DNA from: Podarcis erhardii
Lineage: Eukaryota
Strand: one strand, 5' to 3'
Assembly (NCBI GenBank): GCA_964252035.1
Contig: OZ176204.1
DNA: 64,000 nt
Of this stretch, positions 38,001-49,842 are shown piece after piece (position 1 is the first letter of the stretch; the number at the start of each line of letters is the position of its first letter). The notes below the pieces were generated by a model, which saw only the letters and a list, made by a program, of their open reading frames with translations, did not search any database and was not told the origin of the DNA. A program made the position numbers and the translations under genes.

Positions 38001-41000
38001 TTCTCAGTTGCCTCTGTAAATAAATCAGGTTTTTCAGTATTTTTGTGGGTAGCTGCAGACAGGGTATTCTTGGTAATATTCATTGCTGGTATAATTGTTG
38101 GTGTGGCATTTAGATGCAAATTGTTTCTCCCAGATGATATCGAGCTCTGAAAAGTACTGAAAGCTTCTGTAGAAGTACTTGGCGGAATATAAGATGGTGT
38201 TGTTAATGGCTCCATGTTGGTAGATGGTGTTTGAGATGCTTTGAGAGAAGTTTTTTCAAGTTTAAGTTCTGCAAGTAACTTCTGGTTCTTGGGTGTCTTG
38301 TAATTCGTAACCGCTGGGCTGGTTACTGGAGTTGTGGTTTCTGTAACCATGCTGGATGTTGCCAAAGAACGGAAATCATTTGACATGCTTCCAAATTCTG
38401 CTGTCACTACATTTCCAGAGGCTTCTCTCAGAGTGGATATCGCAGGTCTTTTAGTTGCTAGTAGAATAAATCCTTCCTCTGGAAATATATCATCTCCAGA
38501 TGTCTCTTCCAGATTTTCAGAAGTCTTTGAGGACAACAGAACCTTTACTGTTGGTTTTGCTGTGGCATTTTCTTGCTTACTTGGAAAAGTGGCTTTTTTC
38601 TTTGTTTTTTCCAAAAATGCTGCCCAGCGCAACGGATCAATTCTCCTAGTGGAAGGATCAAATTGCCTCAGGCGCCCTCTAAACCGTTTGTTCATCTTGT
38701 CCTTGTTGCGCCTGTAAATCTCTTTGCGATTGGCACTGGCTTTGTTCTGTGTGGGCTGATTTATATATGAATCTTTAGTGGGTTCCTCGCTGGTTACTTG
38801 GGTTTGCCTGGCAGATGAAGGATTTCGAGGTTTGGTGGTAGCTTTGTACTCTTCATTGCCAGATCCTTCTGCTGCTTCATCCTCTAGCTGAATATCGAGT
38901 TTTTGTGACCTGTTCAAATTCCTTTCAACTACTACTTGGTAAACCAAAATATCAACGCCATACTTATTAGCAGCGACACACATGAAGTAACCACCATCCC
39001 GGTCTGTTGTTCGTTGTATTTTTAATGTGCCATTGTGAAAAAGAAGCTTGTTTTTTGAAGAGTGGTGAAGAACCATGTGCTCAGGTAAGATCCAGGTAAC
39101 AGGGGCATCTGGGGCACCTGTAGATGGGCATGGAAGGTGAAGCGTGTCACCTAAAAATATGGAAAACTGAGGGCCGTTTAAATGGCTGTGTTCTATATAA
39201 GGATCTATCACAGTAATCCTAACAGTCAGGACATCAGCATCAACATAATTGGTTCCTATACAGTGATAAACTCCACTGTCAAAATTATCTGCTGCGTGTA
39301 ACATGAGTTTTCCAGATTTTTTTATCACGATTCTCCCATCTTCACTAATATATGGAGCTCTAATCTTGCTCCCATCTGCTAATACCCACTCAATTACAGG
39401 GGTAGGGTATCCAAGGGCTTGGCAGTCCAATTCCACAGACCCCCCTACTAAAACGGTGTATTCAGTTTTTGTGGTGTTTTCTCGTAAGATCATGGCCCAG
39501 TTTTGCCGTTCTGATTTTGGGAGATTGACCAGGAAGGCAATTTGAGCATTTGTGAAATACTGGATGTGCAGAGTGTTGAGAGTGGTTGATGTCCTGTCCA
39601 GTTGCAATGAAACTTGTCCCTGCATCAACCAGTAAGGCTCAGCTCTCAGTTCAGCTTCTACATCAGTGAATAGCTCGTCATTTTTGGAATCTGTTTGCTT
39701 GTACTTATAACTGATGTAAGGCACTTCTGTCAATAACAGTTCCCTTTCCAGTTTTAACGGAGAATCACTGTAAAGGGCCAGGATGCTCCACAACTGCTGA
39801 ATATATTCATGGTCAATGCTACACACAAGGAATGTTGACAAGGATACTTCAAGTACCGTGGTGTTGTCGATTTTGTTTAGTGTAACTGGAGACATCTTTG
39901 CAGGCTTTTGCACATTGCAGATCAGGTTTGCTCGATTTCCAGCTTGGTCTGTCATGTTGAATACCATGGATCCTATGGGAGCCATAAAATCTCTGGGAGA
40001 AACTGACGTAAAGCCACCATCATCAGGAGCAGTGATGTTTTTCAATTTCAAGGCTGGATCTATAGTTGGCTTAACACAATTAAAATCTGAGGGTTGAATG
40101 CCACTTAACTGCTTGCCTTTAAAAATTCCAGGATTGGCACACAATGGGCATTGCAGAACACCAGAAACACCTCTGTCTTTTTTGCACTTGACAACATCTG
40201 GAAAGGAGATAGAAACAGTAAAAATCATTTTTGCTTGACTGATTCACGTATAAAAGCAACAGGTCCTATTATGCTGATAGATATTTCTGGTGTCCATGAA
40301 ATATGACAGACCTCAGTCAGCAATCATTTGGATCTGTTTAGGAGCCAGCCAGTGCAGTAATTGATGATTAGCCATGGTTTCTACAGAATAGGATGGAAAG
40401 GAACCAGAACAAGGACAAAGGCCTAGGACTCAGCCCTCAGAATGAGCACAAGGGCAAAAGGATGCTAGATGTAGACATTAGAAAAATTACACAAGAACAG
40501 AGAAGACAGATTTGGGTAAGGCCCAAGTTTAATGCCCATTGCCCAAAGTTTATGTTGGAATTTGAACTTTGGTCCTGTGTTATGTCCCCATCTTGCTTCA
40601 ATGTGCATGTTCTTGGCCCTAGATTCCCCCCCCCCTTTCTAATGGGCATGCGAATGCATAATTGCATTCAGAAAACTGTTCGTTCCCTGCCCACCACTGA
40701 TCTAGCAACAAAATAGTTTCCAATGATAGAAAATATCTACTCTCCCACCCCACTGGTTAGGAATGCTTCCACCATGGGTTTCAAATTATTTCAAACAAGA
40801 GTTGAACATATCATTTTTAAGAGGTATTCCATTTTTCTACTTGGTATTGTAATTGGAAATATATTAGAACACGTTGTTGTTCTATCTGTTACTCATTTAT
40901 ACAAGTTTTTGCAATAAAAACATATGCTGTAGGATCAGAACAGTAACCTATCTGTGCCTATATCTTTAAACGGCGGCAAATACATATTTGGGGGAGGAAT

Positions 41001-44000
41001 TTTGCCAGACACAGTTTTATTTGCGATTGTTCTATTTTATTCATTTAAAGTTTTTGGCATCTCCATAATGTGAAGTTTGTAACACAAGCTTCTTGCCACA
41101 TACCAGAGAAGAGGGAGGAAGTTGCATTTTTCTCTTATAACTATGGGATAATATAAACAAGAGAGGAACAAAGGCTAGATTCCTGTGGAAGTTCTATGCA
41201 AGAGCTGTCAAATCTCTAGATCATTTTGGTGAAAATTCTCATTTCTGTATTATCTCTCCAGGGAATCATTTGTCAAACACATCTTTTGGTGAAGCAGTCC
41301 AGGGGAAAAATCCCTTCTGTTTACAATTAGTTATGAAAACAATGGATTCAAATATAGCAATCTCTACTGTTCCATTAATAAAGAAAATGTGACTGACTCT
41401 ACAGACTTGAAAGTGCCCTAATATAAAATGAAATACATCAAAATATTCTGTATTTATGATCAAGAAGGCTGCAACATTTTCTTTAATAAAAAGGACACCC
41501 CAATTAATCTGGCATCAGATTTTTTAGCAAATACAAGTACTGTTGACCGTAAAACTGTACAAAAACTAGGTTTCAGGCACACTTGAGGGAAAGCTTCATC
41601 TAATGTGCCAGGTGTGGTGCACTCAAGCACAATCTTAAAACAAAATCCATGTGCTTTTTCAGGACCATCAGCCTTGCGTCTGATCAACGTAAGATTTATT
41701 TAATCAGGGGATAGCCCTAGTGGTTAGATATTATTTGAAGGAGGATGTGGTCTCTCAGATTTTCTTTTCTTTAAGGTATACGATGCTATGCTGAAAATCC
41801 TAACAATTATTGTGGTGCTGTGATTCCTGGGCACTGTAAATTGAAGTGCTGGCGAAAATTAGAATAGCTTAAAGGAGACCACCAGCAGTTTGAGGTATTT
41901 TCTTACACATGTTCTGTGGGAAAATAGCTGGTTAAGTGACACTGCCAACAGAACCAATGGCCCTTTTGAGGAAGAGTACCCTCTCGATATGAAGTAGAGA
42001 GTGTGGCTATTGGGGGGGAAAAGGAATTCATATTGGTGGTCCCCTTGTTGCAGGACAAGCTATCTGGGTGGGGTGGGGACTCACCTGCCACCTACATTAA
42101 TGCATTTTCAACAGCAAATACTTTTTTGTTGTTCTCCCAAGCCTTTTAACATAATTGTATCTGCTTTTAACACCATTTAAACATTGATAGCAATATTTCA
42201 GTCTCTGCCTTTATGGTGGTGGGTTGTTTTTAGCCCTTAATAATAGTGCTTAGACTATTGGACTATGGCTAGCATGAAGTTTTATTCTTTGTTGGTGGTT
42301 CTGCATTTTTGTGATTTCTGATATCAATGGTATAATATGTTCTTAAATTGCTTTAATGCTGTTACATTATGGGATAATTGGCACATAATACAATACACAG
42401 AGTAACCGCAAAGGTTTCAAATGGACTATTTAACAGCCACATGAATCTCCTACTATTTTTATTTTTTATTTTATGGAAACCATTTTGGAATCCTTGTCAG
42501 GGGAGGGTAAAAATGCTTCCAGAAATAAATGCAAGTTGAGTATATAAATAAAAAGAGAATATTTGATACCTGGCTGCCGTTCCGCCCACTCACCAAACCA
42601 TTTCATTTCACAGTCACAAGCCCAAGGGTTCCCGTGAAGGTAGAGGCTTTCTAACTCAGACATATATGTGAAAATGTCTCGAGGCAGAGAAGAAAGCAAG
42701 TTGTCAGACAAGTAGATATGCTTTATGGAGGATGTTTTGAACATCTGGAGGTAGCACAAGGTGACGAAAGTATCCGAGTGAAGCTGCTTGAGCAAATTTC
42801 CTTCCAAGTGGACTAGTTTCAGTGATGTAAGGCCATAGAAAGCTTTGGGGTTTACAAATTCAATTTGGTTATGATCCATGTGCAACCGTACCAAACTCAT
42901 GAGACCATGAAACATGCCTGCTTCAATAACTTTGACTTTGTTGTAGCTCATCTTCAAGACCTGTTGACATAATAATAATAATAATATAAAAAATTGAGCA
43001 AAATAGGAACACCATCTGACAAATAAAAAGCAACCATATTCAAATGTTACATTAAAGCAAGGGGGCAGTTGGTTCAGCAGTGAGAACAACTTTTAAAACT
43101 GAAGTTAGATAGGCTGTGAACCTGTACCCATAGTATGTATGCTATTCATTTTTAAAAGGGCCGAAGGTAAAAATTTGGCACAGATGGATAATTCCCAGTT
43201 CATTCTTACCTGCAACAGGCGCAAATCAGAGAATGTCCTGTCTTGAATTGTATGTATCTGATTACTGTGCAACATCAACAACTCCAACTTCTCCAGGCCA
43301 GAAAAATCTGTTTCAGTCAGTTTAACCAAACTGTTGTAACTGTAACAAACATTTCATTCCAGATCTGGGTTTAGTCAGTCAGCTATAGTTCAAAGGCAAA
43401 ACAAACAAACAAAAACAGAGTCTCTCTTTTGCAAATAAGCAAATAAATTTTAGTTAAAACTTGCCATGTCAATTTCAGAATAGCTTTATCAGTACAGTGG
43501 CAGATGGAAATTCGTAGGTATGCGCACCCCTAGAATGAATGCCTTTGACTTGTGATTATACAGGTTACTTTATTTACTTAAAATAGATATATTCCACTTC
43601 CCTGCTGGAGCTCCCAAAGCACAGCAAACCAAACCATATAGTAGATACTCACGAATTCACAATGTAAACAATAAAATGCTATCACGCTTTCCATGAAGCA
43701 TACCTCCTAAGTCATCAGCAAAGACCCTGGAATAGTTTAGGCAGGGCTTATACCTTAAAGCCTAACCTCTTAGTGCTCTTTAGTATTCACAATAAGGGTT
43801 CATGTCCAGTTCTAGTTATCTGTCACAGTGACTCCTTGCTAGTTTCAGTGGATGTAGTAAGAAGGTCCACAGGGCAGAGCCAGGGCCTCCCCTCACCAAA
43901 GCACTGTTGAACGTAACCTGTACTGTGAACAGAGTATTGAACCTGCATTGACACAAATCATTTACTGAATCCAAATCAGGCACTGGTGCCTTCCCCTGCA

Positions 44001-45175
44001 ATCTTACTCTATGCCTATCCCTAAAGCTACCTATAGTGCAGACAGGTAAGGAGAGTTTGCATGAGTTAGTGTATGGAGGTCCTGCACGACAGGATACAGC
44101 AGCAAATGATCAGTGCAGACTAACCATTTTTGGTGTCTCCATCCGCACTGGTCATTAGAGGCACTTGTAACTAAGAACTTTTACTCAGATCAGCTTATTT
44201 CCTTCTCCTTCCCTATCTATTTTCCTTTGGTGCTGTCCATTTTTAGAGCATAAATCTGAGGGCAGAAACATTTTTTTAAAAAAAGAAATGATTTGTAAGT
44301 CACGTTGGGAGCCTTTTTTGGCTGAAATACAAGGGGAGGAAATCTTTAAATAGGTAACAGCATCCCCAGACCTTTCCTCAGTCATACCAAACCTATGGTA
44401 TTCGATAGGATAACCCTGAGGCTTTCATCGGAATACTATACTTGGAGCATCCAGAACAACTAAGCATCATGGGACCTGCAATTTCCATGACACTGAGCTG
44501 CCAGGGATGTACTCTAGCTATTTAAAATAAAAACAAAAACCTAGATACCATTGCTTCTGATAATCTTGTGGCTGCATCATAAGAGGAGAAGTGCTTCTCT
44601 ATGCAATGCTAGAGCATTGTTTAGTACTATATCCAAAACAGGTACAAGGCTGCCAGTATGAAACAACAACAAAACGGGAAAGAGAGAAAACTCATGTGAT
44701 GACAAACACACAGACGGTCCATCCTGTCATCATAGGCAATTTCAAACTTGGTTAATGTCTCAGTTGATCAAATGAATCAGAGCTTAATTTAAGTGAAAGT
44801 TGATACACGGATTGGCAAGGAATGAAGCCAGGTGGTCTTTGATCTCCTCCAAGTCAGTGAAATGGGGCTTCGCGGATAAGTGTGTGCCCCAGTTAAGTCT
44901 CTTATGGCATGTTAGTTGTAGCAGGTGGGGGGCAACTGGTTCTCCTTATTCAATATTCAAGCAATATTGTTGTAAACCTACCCTAAGTTGATGCGCTCCA
45001 CATTTGGGGAGATTTGTGCTGGGATGGTAGTGAAATACCGGAATGTGCAATGTACTTCGGTGGGTACATAGCAGGCGCAGTGCTTAGGACATGCACCACT
45101 GCGAGGAAAAGCGGTCCAGCAGAATCCAAGCAGAAATCCTAGAAAACAGGGGTTGCGTCTTCCTGTACCTTCCAT
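29412..45175 (-). CDS. IGSF10: IGSF10 (immunoglobulin superfamily member 10), complete 6-exon CDS, 2637 aa, span
   Basis: Exons of 194+130+391+4389+901+1909 = 7914 nt, all GT-AG and in phase. Signal peptide, LRRNT (CPKHCACYVPTEVHCTFRY), LRRs, LRRCT, Ig domains, long S/T-rich linker and C-terminal Ig array ending TYVQVI*; matches recalled human IGSF10. Confidence 0.96.
31372..31490. mobile_element. hAT-type MITE (119 bp)
   Basis: TIR CAGGCATAGGCAAACT at both ends; perfect 8-bp TSD CTTAAGAA. Confidence 0.9.
31491..31592 (-). mobile_element. CR1-type 3' end fragment
   Basis: ttaagaacataagaa tail; related to the 57790 and 59215 copies. Confidence 0.55.
31597..31838 (-). mobile_element. Tc1/mariner MITE, AACCTGAAGC family, copy 2 (inverted)
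   Basis: Reverse complement of the 27557 copy; ends AACCTGAGGTACCACTG|TA. Confidence 0.85.
33166..33337. mobile_element. Tc1/mariner-type MITE
   Basis: TA|CCGTACTTTTCCGTGTATA ... TATATACAGAAAAATATGG|TA. Confidence 0.7.
33385..34285 (-). CDS. IGSF10: IGSF10 coding exon 5 (Ig domains)
   Basis: tcaactag|GG GTT GAT ... CAC AG|gtaggt; GVDASKHKRDNRFEVLPNGTLSIQ...KAVVDQWHR. Confidence 0.94.
34705..34851 (-). mobile_element. Old tRNA-derived SINE
   Basis: Reverse complement resembles the 53905 copy (tail ggcagctcctcatgttctta). Confidence 0.55.
34860..35149. mobile_element. hAT-type MITE (TAGGG TIR) containing (CA)n
   Basis: TIR TAGGGCTGGGTGATAT / ATATCACCCAGCCCTA; 8-bp TSD CTGCTAAG. Confidence 0.9.
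35177..35404 (+). mobile_element. Tc1/mariner MITE, AACCTGAAGC family, copy 3
   Basis: Ends AACCCGAGGTACCACTG|TA; colinear with the 27557 copy. Confidence 0.85.
35809..40197 (-). CDS. IGSF10: IGSF10 coding exon 4 (4389 nt; Ig domains and S/T-rich linker)
   Basis: tttccag|AT GTT GTC AAG TGC ... TCA G|gtacgt; lies within the 1502-aa ORF 35720-40228. Confidence 0.95.
42570..42960 (-). CDS. IGSF10: IGSF10 coding exon 3 (LRRs and start of LRRCT)
   Basis: caacag|GTC TTG AAG ATG AGC ... CCA G|gtatca; VLKMSYNKV...LHGNPWACDCEMKW. Confidence 0.95.
43210..43339 (-). CDS. IGSF10: IGSF10 coding exon 2 (LRR)
   Basis: gttacag|T TAC AAC AGT TTG ... CAG|gtaaga; YNSLVKLTETDFSGLEKLELLMLHSNQIHTIQDRTFSDLRLLQ. 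Confidence 0.95.
44982..45175 (-). CDS. IGSF10: IGSF10 coding exon 1 (signal peptide and LRRNT)
   Basis: ATG in strong context (aaggATGG); MEGTGRRNPCFLGFLLGFCWTAFPRSGACPKHCACYVPTEVHCTFRY...ERINLG; donor GG|gtaggt. Likely acceptor ttcttacag| with exon start at 45217. Confidence 0.93.
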
Positions 45176-46277
45176 CCTTGACGCAACAGCAATCTTAGCA
45201 AGCGTGGACAAACAAAACTGTAAGAAACAGAACACAACACAAGTTATCATGTCAAGATGAGAAGTCACAAATTTGTATCTTTGACCTCAGGACTTGTTTA
45301 GAATAAAGCCTGCCTTAGAAACAGTACAGGAAAGGTCCTCCATATTATTATTATTTTTTTAAAAAAACACATCTCTGCAGGGGTTTCTTGTTTGTTTTTT
45401 AAGAAAATAACATTCCTTCGCAGCTTCTTTCTTTTAGTGAATGTGGGGAGGGGAGAGAGTTCGTGTTGACAGGTATTAAAAACTGAAATCTGACACGCTA
45501 CTGAGTCTATTGTTCCAAATAAATAAGCCCACTCTTTCATTATTTAGAGTGTTCATAAATCTGTTTGTGGTTTGTCTTTGCCAAAAAACACGTTGAGTCC
45601 TTCTTTGCCAAGCAATTTAGGCCTCAGAAAAAGAAAAAAAATAAGAAGTTTAGAAGACGACTGTGGTGGTTAAGAAAGCTAATAAGCTATGACAAGACTG
45701 ACAGCAGTTAAACTTTATCCCACTTTCCCCACGGTTTTTAGATTTTACAAGCAGTGCCCCCTTCCTCCTCCTCCTGTTTTGTTAATGCTGCAGAATCAGA
45801 GCAGAGTTCAACAGTAGATTAAAGGGGCACTGAGTAGTCTTAAATTTGAATAAACAGTGTTTACTGTTTGGCTAGGTTAATTTTAGATTAATTAATATTT
45901 TGAAAGTAAATGCTAGATTTCCAGTACAGAGTCTTGAGTCAATACTGAGCATTCTATAGCGCTTTTGATTGTATGAAGCATTCCACTCCTTAAGAGTAAT
46001 ACATATTGAGTAATTAATTTCACAAGCTAGCATAATAATTGCAGAATCTAGAAGGTTAGAATGGTGGACTCTATTGCTCTAGCATGCTGCAAATGGTTAG
46101 GGAGTGTCAGGGAGAGGCAGCTTCAAATCCCTACTCTGCTTTGCCAGCCCTCTAGGTGACAGGGGGCTGGTAACCCACTCTCAGCCTAGCCAACCTCATA
46201 GGGTTGTTGTGTGTGTGTGTGTGTATGGGAGAAATAAGGTATTTCTATCCTAGCTTAGAGGGTGGTGTGATATGAAT

Positions 46278-46329
46278 ACTGCTGCTGCTGCTGCTGCTGC
46301 TGCTAATAATAATAATAATAATAATAATA

Positions 46330-46360
<31 letters not shown>
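46278..46360. repeat. Compound microsatellite (CTG)n(AAT)n(AGAT)n
   Basis: Directly visible. Confidence 0.95.
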
Positions 46361-46361
<1 letters not shown>

Positions 46362-46775
46362 TGATGTATGGAATTGAGAGCTGGACCATAAAGAAGGCTG
46401 ATCACTGAAGAATTGATGCTTTTCAATTATGGTGCTGGAGGAGACTCTTGAGAGTCCCATGGATTGCAAGATGCATTCTGAAGGAAATCAGCCCTGAGTG
46501 CTCACTGGAAGGACAGATCCTGAAGCTGAGGCTCCAATACTTTGGCCACCTCATGAGCAGAGAAGACTCCCTGGAAAAGACCCTGATGCTGGGAAAGATT
46601 GAGGGCAGAAGGAGAAGGGGACGATAGAGGACGAGATGGTTGGACAGTGTTCTCGAAGCTACCAGCATGAGTTTGACCAAGCTGCACGAGGCAGTGGAAG
46701 ACAGGAGTGTCTGGCGTGCTCTGGTCCATGGGGTCATGAAGAGTCAGACACGACTAAACAACTAAACAACAACAA
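46362..46775 (+). mobile_element. Bov-B (RTE) LINE 3' fragment
   Basis: gagagctggaccataaagaaggctga...ctggaaaagaccctgatgctgggaaagattgagggcagaaggagaagggg...aaacaacaacaa tail. Confidence 0.92.
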
Positions 46776-47599
46776 TAGAAATGATTGTTGTTTTTGGTTC
46801 CAGCCCTCCTCCTCCCCAAATCTCTAATAAGGCATAGTGAGTTCATGGCAGAGCCCAGATCTGACCCAGATGCTATCTCATTCCAGCTACAGTAGCTCCT
46901 GCAAGGTGATCAAGTTTCTCAACATTCACAAGACAAGAGAAATTTGTCGCTGTCCTTTTGCAGACAGGATTGCTGATCGTCATTACGCACGGACATTGTT
47001 GGGAGATCTGCTCTTAATTACTTGTTTTCTCCCTTTTCGTGCATGTGGTCTGCTGTGTGAAAGGAGCCGGCGGCTGCATGCACAAAATAGTAATTGCGTA
47101 ACTTGACCAAAGGGATGCTTGGCCGGGGAACAAGAAAAAGTCCGGCCGGCAGCCTTTAAGTTGTCACCAAGGTCCATCCTCCTTGGAGCAGACCCATTGT
47201 GTGCATAAGAGACAGGACTGACTTAGGTCCATTAATTTCAGTGCGTCTAGTCTAAGTAAAACCCTTTGAAAACAATGAATGACACCAATGGCATCCTTCC
47301 TTTTGCAGTTGCCACCCAACTTATTTCAGTGATAAGCCAGGCTTCTGGAAAGAAATCCATAGCACCACACCATTTTTTTAAAAATTCACCACAGCGCTAA
47401 GAAGCAAATAAATTACAAATAAAGAGCATGCACCCCCCAAGTAAGTTCTCCAAAGCAGCCTCAGAAATAATCTCTACTCACTTGCAGGCTGCAGCAGCAG
47501 CAACCCAAAGTTCCCCACGCATTTAAACAAAAAAAACCCCACTTTATTATGGCATAAGCTCTCTCGGACTAAAGTCCACTTTTATCAGATGCCTTGAAG

Positions 47600-48325
47600 G
47601 GTTGTGCTCAGTTGACAGGTGGCCTTTTGCAGAGTCCTTTATGAGGGGGGAAAGGATGGAGCCCACCGCCACGAACCTGAGTTAAAACCAGCCGAAAGAG
47701 AGTAGAAGAGTCCGTCCTTACCTGCGCTGTATCCCCCTTTCTTTCTTCCTCAATAGCCCTCCATCTTCTCCTGCCGCCCACCGAGATCCCGCTCATAAAT
47801 GGAGAGGCAACAAGTTCACGAGCTTCCTAAGGCTTGCGAGGGAGGGAGAAGCCGCCGCAGAGGTGAGAGGATGGAAGTTTGCAAGGAACACCAGAAACCC
47901 GCCCCCGGCCCTGTTGCGGCGCGAGGGAGGGAGGGAGGGAGGGCTTGGCCGCCTCGCCCAGCGAAAAACGGAAAAGCCTTGGCGCGCTCCTCTCGCCGGA
48001 GCCTCGCCAAGCGTCTGGGCTTCCCCGAATCGCCTCAGAGAGAAGTGTGGAGGGGTGGGGTGTCCACTGGCCGGCTCTCTCTTTCTGGGCTTGCTCACAC
48101 GCCCCCTTCCTCCCAGCCCCGGGGGGTGGAAGGGAGCGCGGAGGCGTCGCCGGCAATGGGGAGCTCCTCGCGCGCTCCGAGGCCTTTACGCTTCGCACGT
48201 GGCGCCCAGCCGGGCTCTGGGTCTTCCCCCCGCCGCGGGCTTTGTTGCACCTTTGCGCCCGCTAGCCCCTTCCCGAGAGCGGCCTCCCGCTCGGGTCGTC
48301 TTCCGCTCGCGCCGGGCTGCCCCAC
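47600..48325 (-). promoter_or_regulatory. CpG island, likely IGSF10 promoter and upstream exon (donor CAG|gtaagg at 47722)
   Basis: Only extended GC/CpG-rich non-repeat segment near the gene, 2.5 kb upstream of the ATG, with a strong minus-strand splice donor. Confidence 0.65.
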
Positions 48326-48941
48326 TTGTTGTTGTTGTTGTTTAGTCGTGTCGGACTCTTCGTGACCCCATGGACCAGAGCACACCAGGCCCTCCTGTCT
48401 TCCACTGCCTCCCGCAGTTTGGTCACACTCATGCTGGTAGCTTCGAGAACACTGTCCAACCATCTCGTCCTCTGTCGTCCCCTTCTCCTTGTGCCCTCCA
48501 TCTTTCCCAACATCAGGGTCTTTTCCAGGGAGTCTTCTCTTCTCATGAGGTGGCCAAAGTATTGGAGCCTCAGCTTCACGATCTGTCCTTCCAGTGAGCA
48601 CTCAGGGCTGATTTCCTTAGGAATGGATGCGTTTGATCTTCTTCATGGGACTCTCAAGAGTCTCCTCCAGCACCATAATTCAAAAGCATCAATTCTTTGG
48701 CGATCAGCCTTCTTTATGGTCCAGCTCTCACTTCCATACATCACTACAGTGGTACCTCGCAAGACGAAATTAATTCGTTCTGCGAGTTTTTTCGTCTTGC
48801 GAATTTTTCGTCTTGCGAAGCAAGCCCATAGGGAAATTCGTCTTGCGAAGCAACTCAAAAAATAAAAAACTCTTTCGTCTTGCGAGTTTTTCGTCTTACG
48901 AGGCATTCGTCTTGAGAGGTACCACTGTACTGGGAAAACCA
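48326..48941 (-). mobile_element. Bov-B (RTE) LINE 3' fragment with nested MITE
   Basis: Remnant KLRLQYFGHLMRREDSLEKTLMLGKMEGTRRRGRQRTRWLD; (CAA)n tail; 8-bp TSD TGCCCCAC at 48318-48325 and 48942-48949. Confidence 0.92.
48747..48927. mobile_element. Tc1/mariner MITE (181 bp), TTCGTCTTGCGA family, inserted in Bov-B
   Basis: 22-bp TIRs CAGTGGTACCTCGCAAGACGAA with one mismatch; TA duplicated; Bov-B sequence resumes on both sides. Confidence 0.92.
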
Positions 48942-49617
48942 TGCCCCACACTCTCCTTCAAATTCTCCCACTGTTTCCCGGGCGCTGCCTCAGTCAGCGC
49001 CACTTTGACACCCTCCTCACGGGTCCCTTTATCTCCTCAGTCCAAGCCCTTCAGAGCTCCTTGCTTGAGAAAGGACTTCAAAAAGCGAGAGGGCGAAAAA
49101 AAAGCAAGTGTGAGAGGCAAGACTTGTCTTTGTGAATACCTTTGTATGCAGAAAATCTACTGAGTGGTGAGGGGACACCCCCGCCAACCTGTTATCAGAA
49201 GGTTATCCCCTCTGATGGACCAGTTATCTCAGCCTCCTCATCTCAACCCTTTAATTTTCCCTCCTCTCAGTTGGTTCCCTCAGAGATGGGGGACCTTCAT
49301 GGGACAAAGGGCATGGGTGTAGCCAAGGGGGTGGCTAGAAATATTATTGAAAAGCATTGGAAGTACTCAATTATCTGAGGTTCTGCTTCCCCCACCCCCA
49401 GCAGAAGCCTGCCCCCTCCCCCTGCAATTTCCCAATTTATGGGACATTTTTATCTGTGACTTCCCAAGAGAAGCTCAACAACTTTGCCCCCCTCCTAACA
49501 AAAAATCCCTGCTGCACCTGCCCTCACACCCCTTTTTCAGGGCTTACAGCCACAGGGTATCTCAGCCAGAGATGTGCTGGATTCTAACCCTGCTTATCCC
49601 AGTAGATCTTGCTATAG

Positions 49618-49842
49618 CAGTGGTGTCCAAACTTTTTTTAAAGAGGGCCAGATTTGATGAAGTGAAAGGCCGTGACCTTTTTTTAGGATTGAAGTTGTTG
49701 GGCTTTTTTAATGATTTTACCCCAGAGGTGTTGAGCTTTTTTTTAGGATTGAAGTTCCCCAGGAAATAAACTGCCACAGGGGCCAGATTAAACCAAACAG
49801 CAGGCCGGATTAGGCCCCCAGAACAGACTGTGGACATGCCAG
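49618..49842. mobile_element. hAT-type MITE
   Basis: 8-bp TSD TGCTATAG at 49610-49617 and 49843-49850; CAGTGGTGTCCA / TGGACATGCCAG ends. Confidence 0.75.

Noticed and set aside
36063-39545. Plus-strand ORFs antisense to IGSF10 exon 4
   Set aside because: Expected shadow ORFs of a long coding exon; no independent evidence.
48747-48927. Short repeated motifs resembling a CRISPR or iteron array
   Set aside because: Vertebrate DNA; the repeats are subterminal motifs within a TIR-bounded, TA-flanked MITE.
47793-48951. Cluster of overlapping 100-190 aa ORFs as a separate gene
   Set aside because: Explained by stop-poor GC-rich island sequence and a Bov-B RT remnant; no recognisable host protein.
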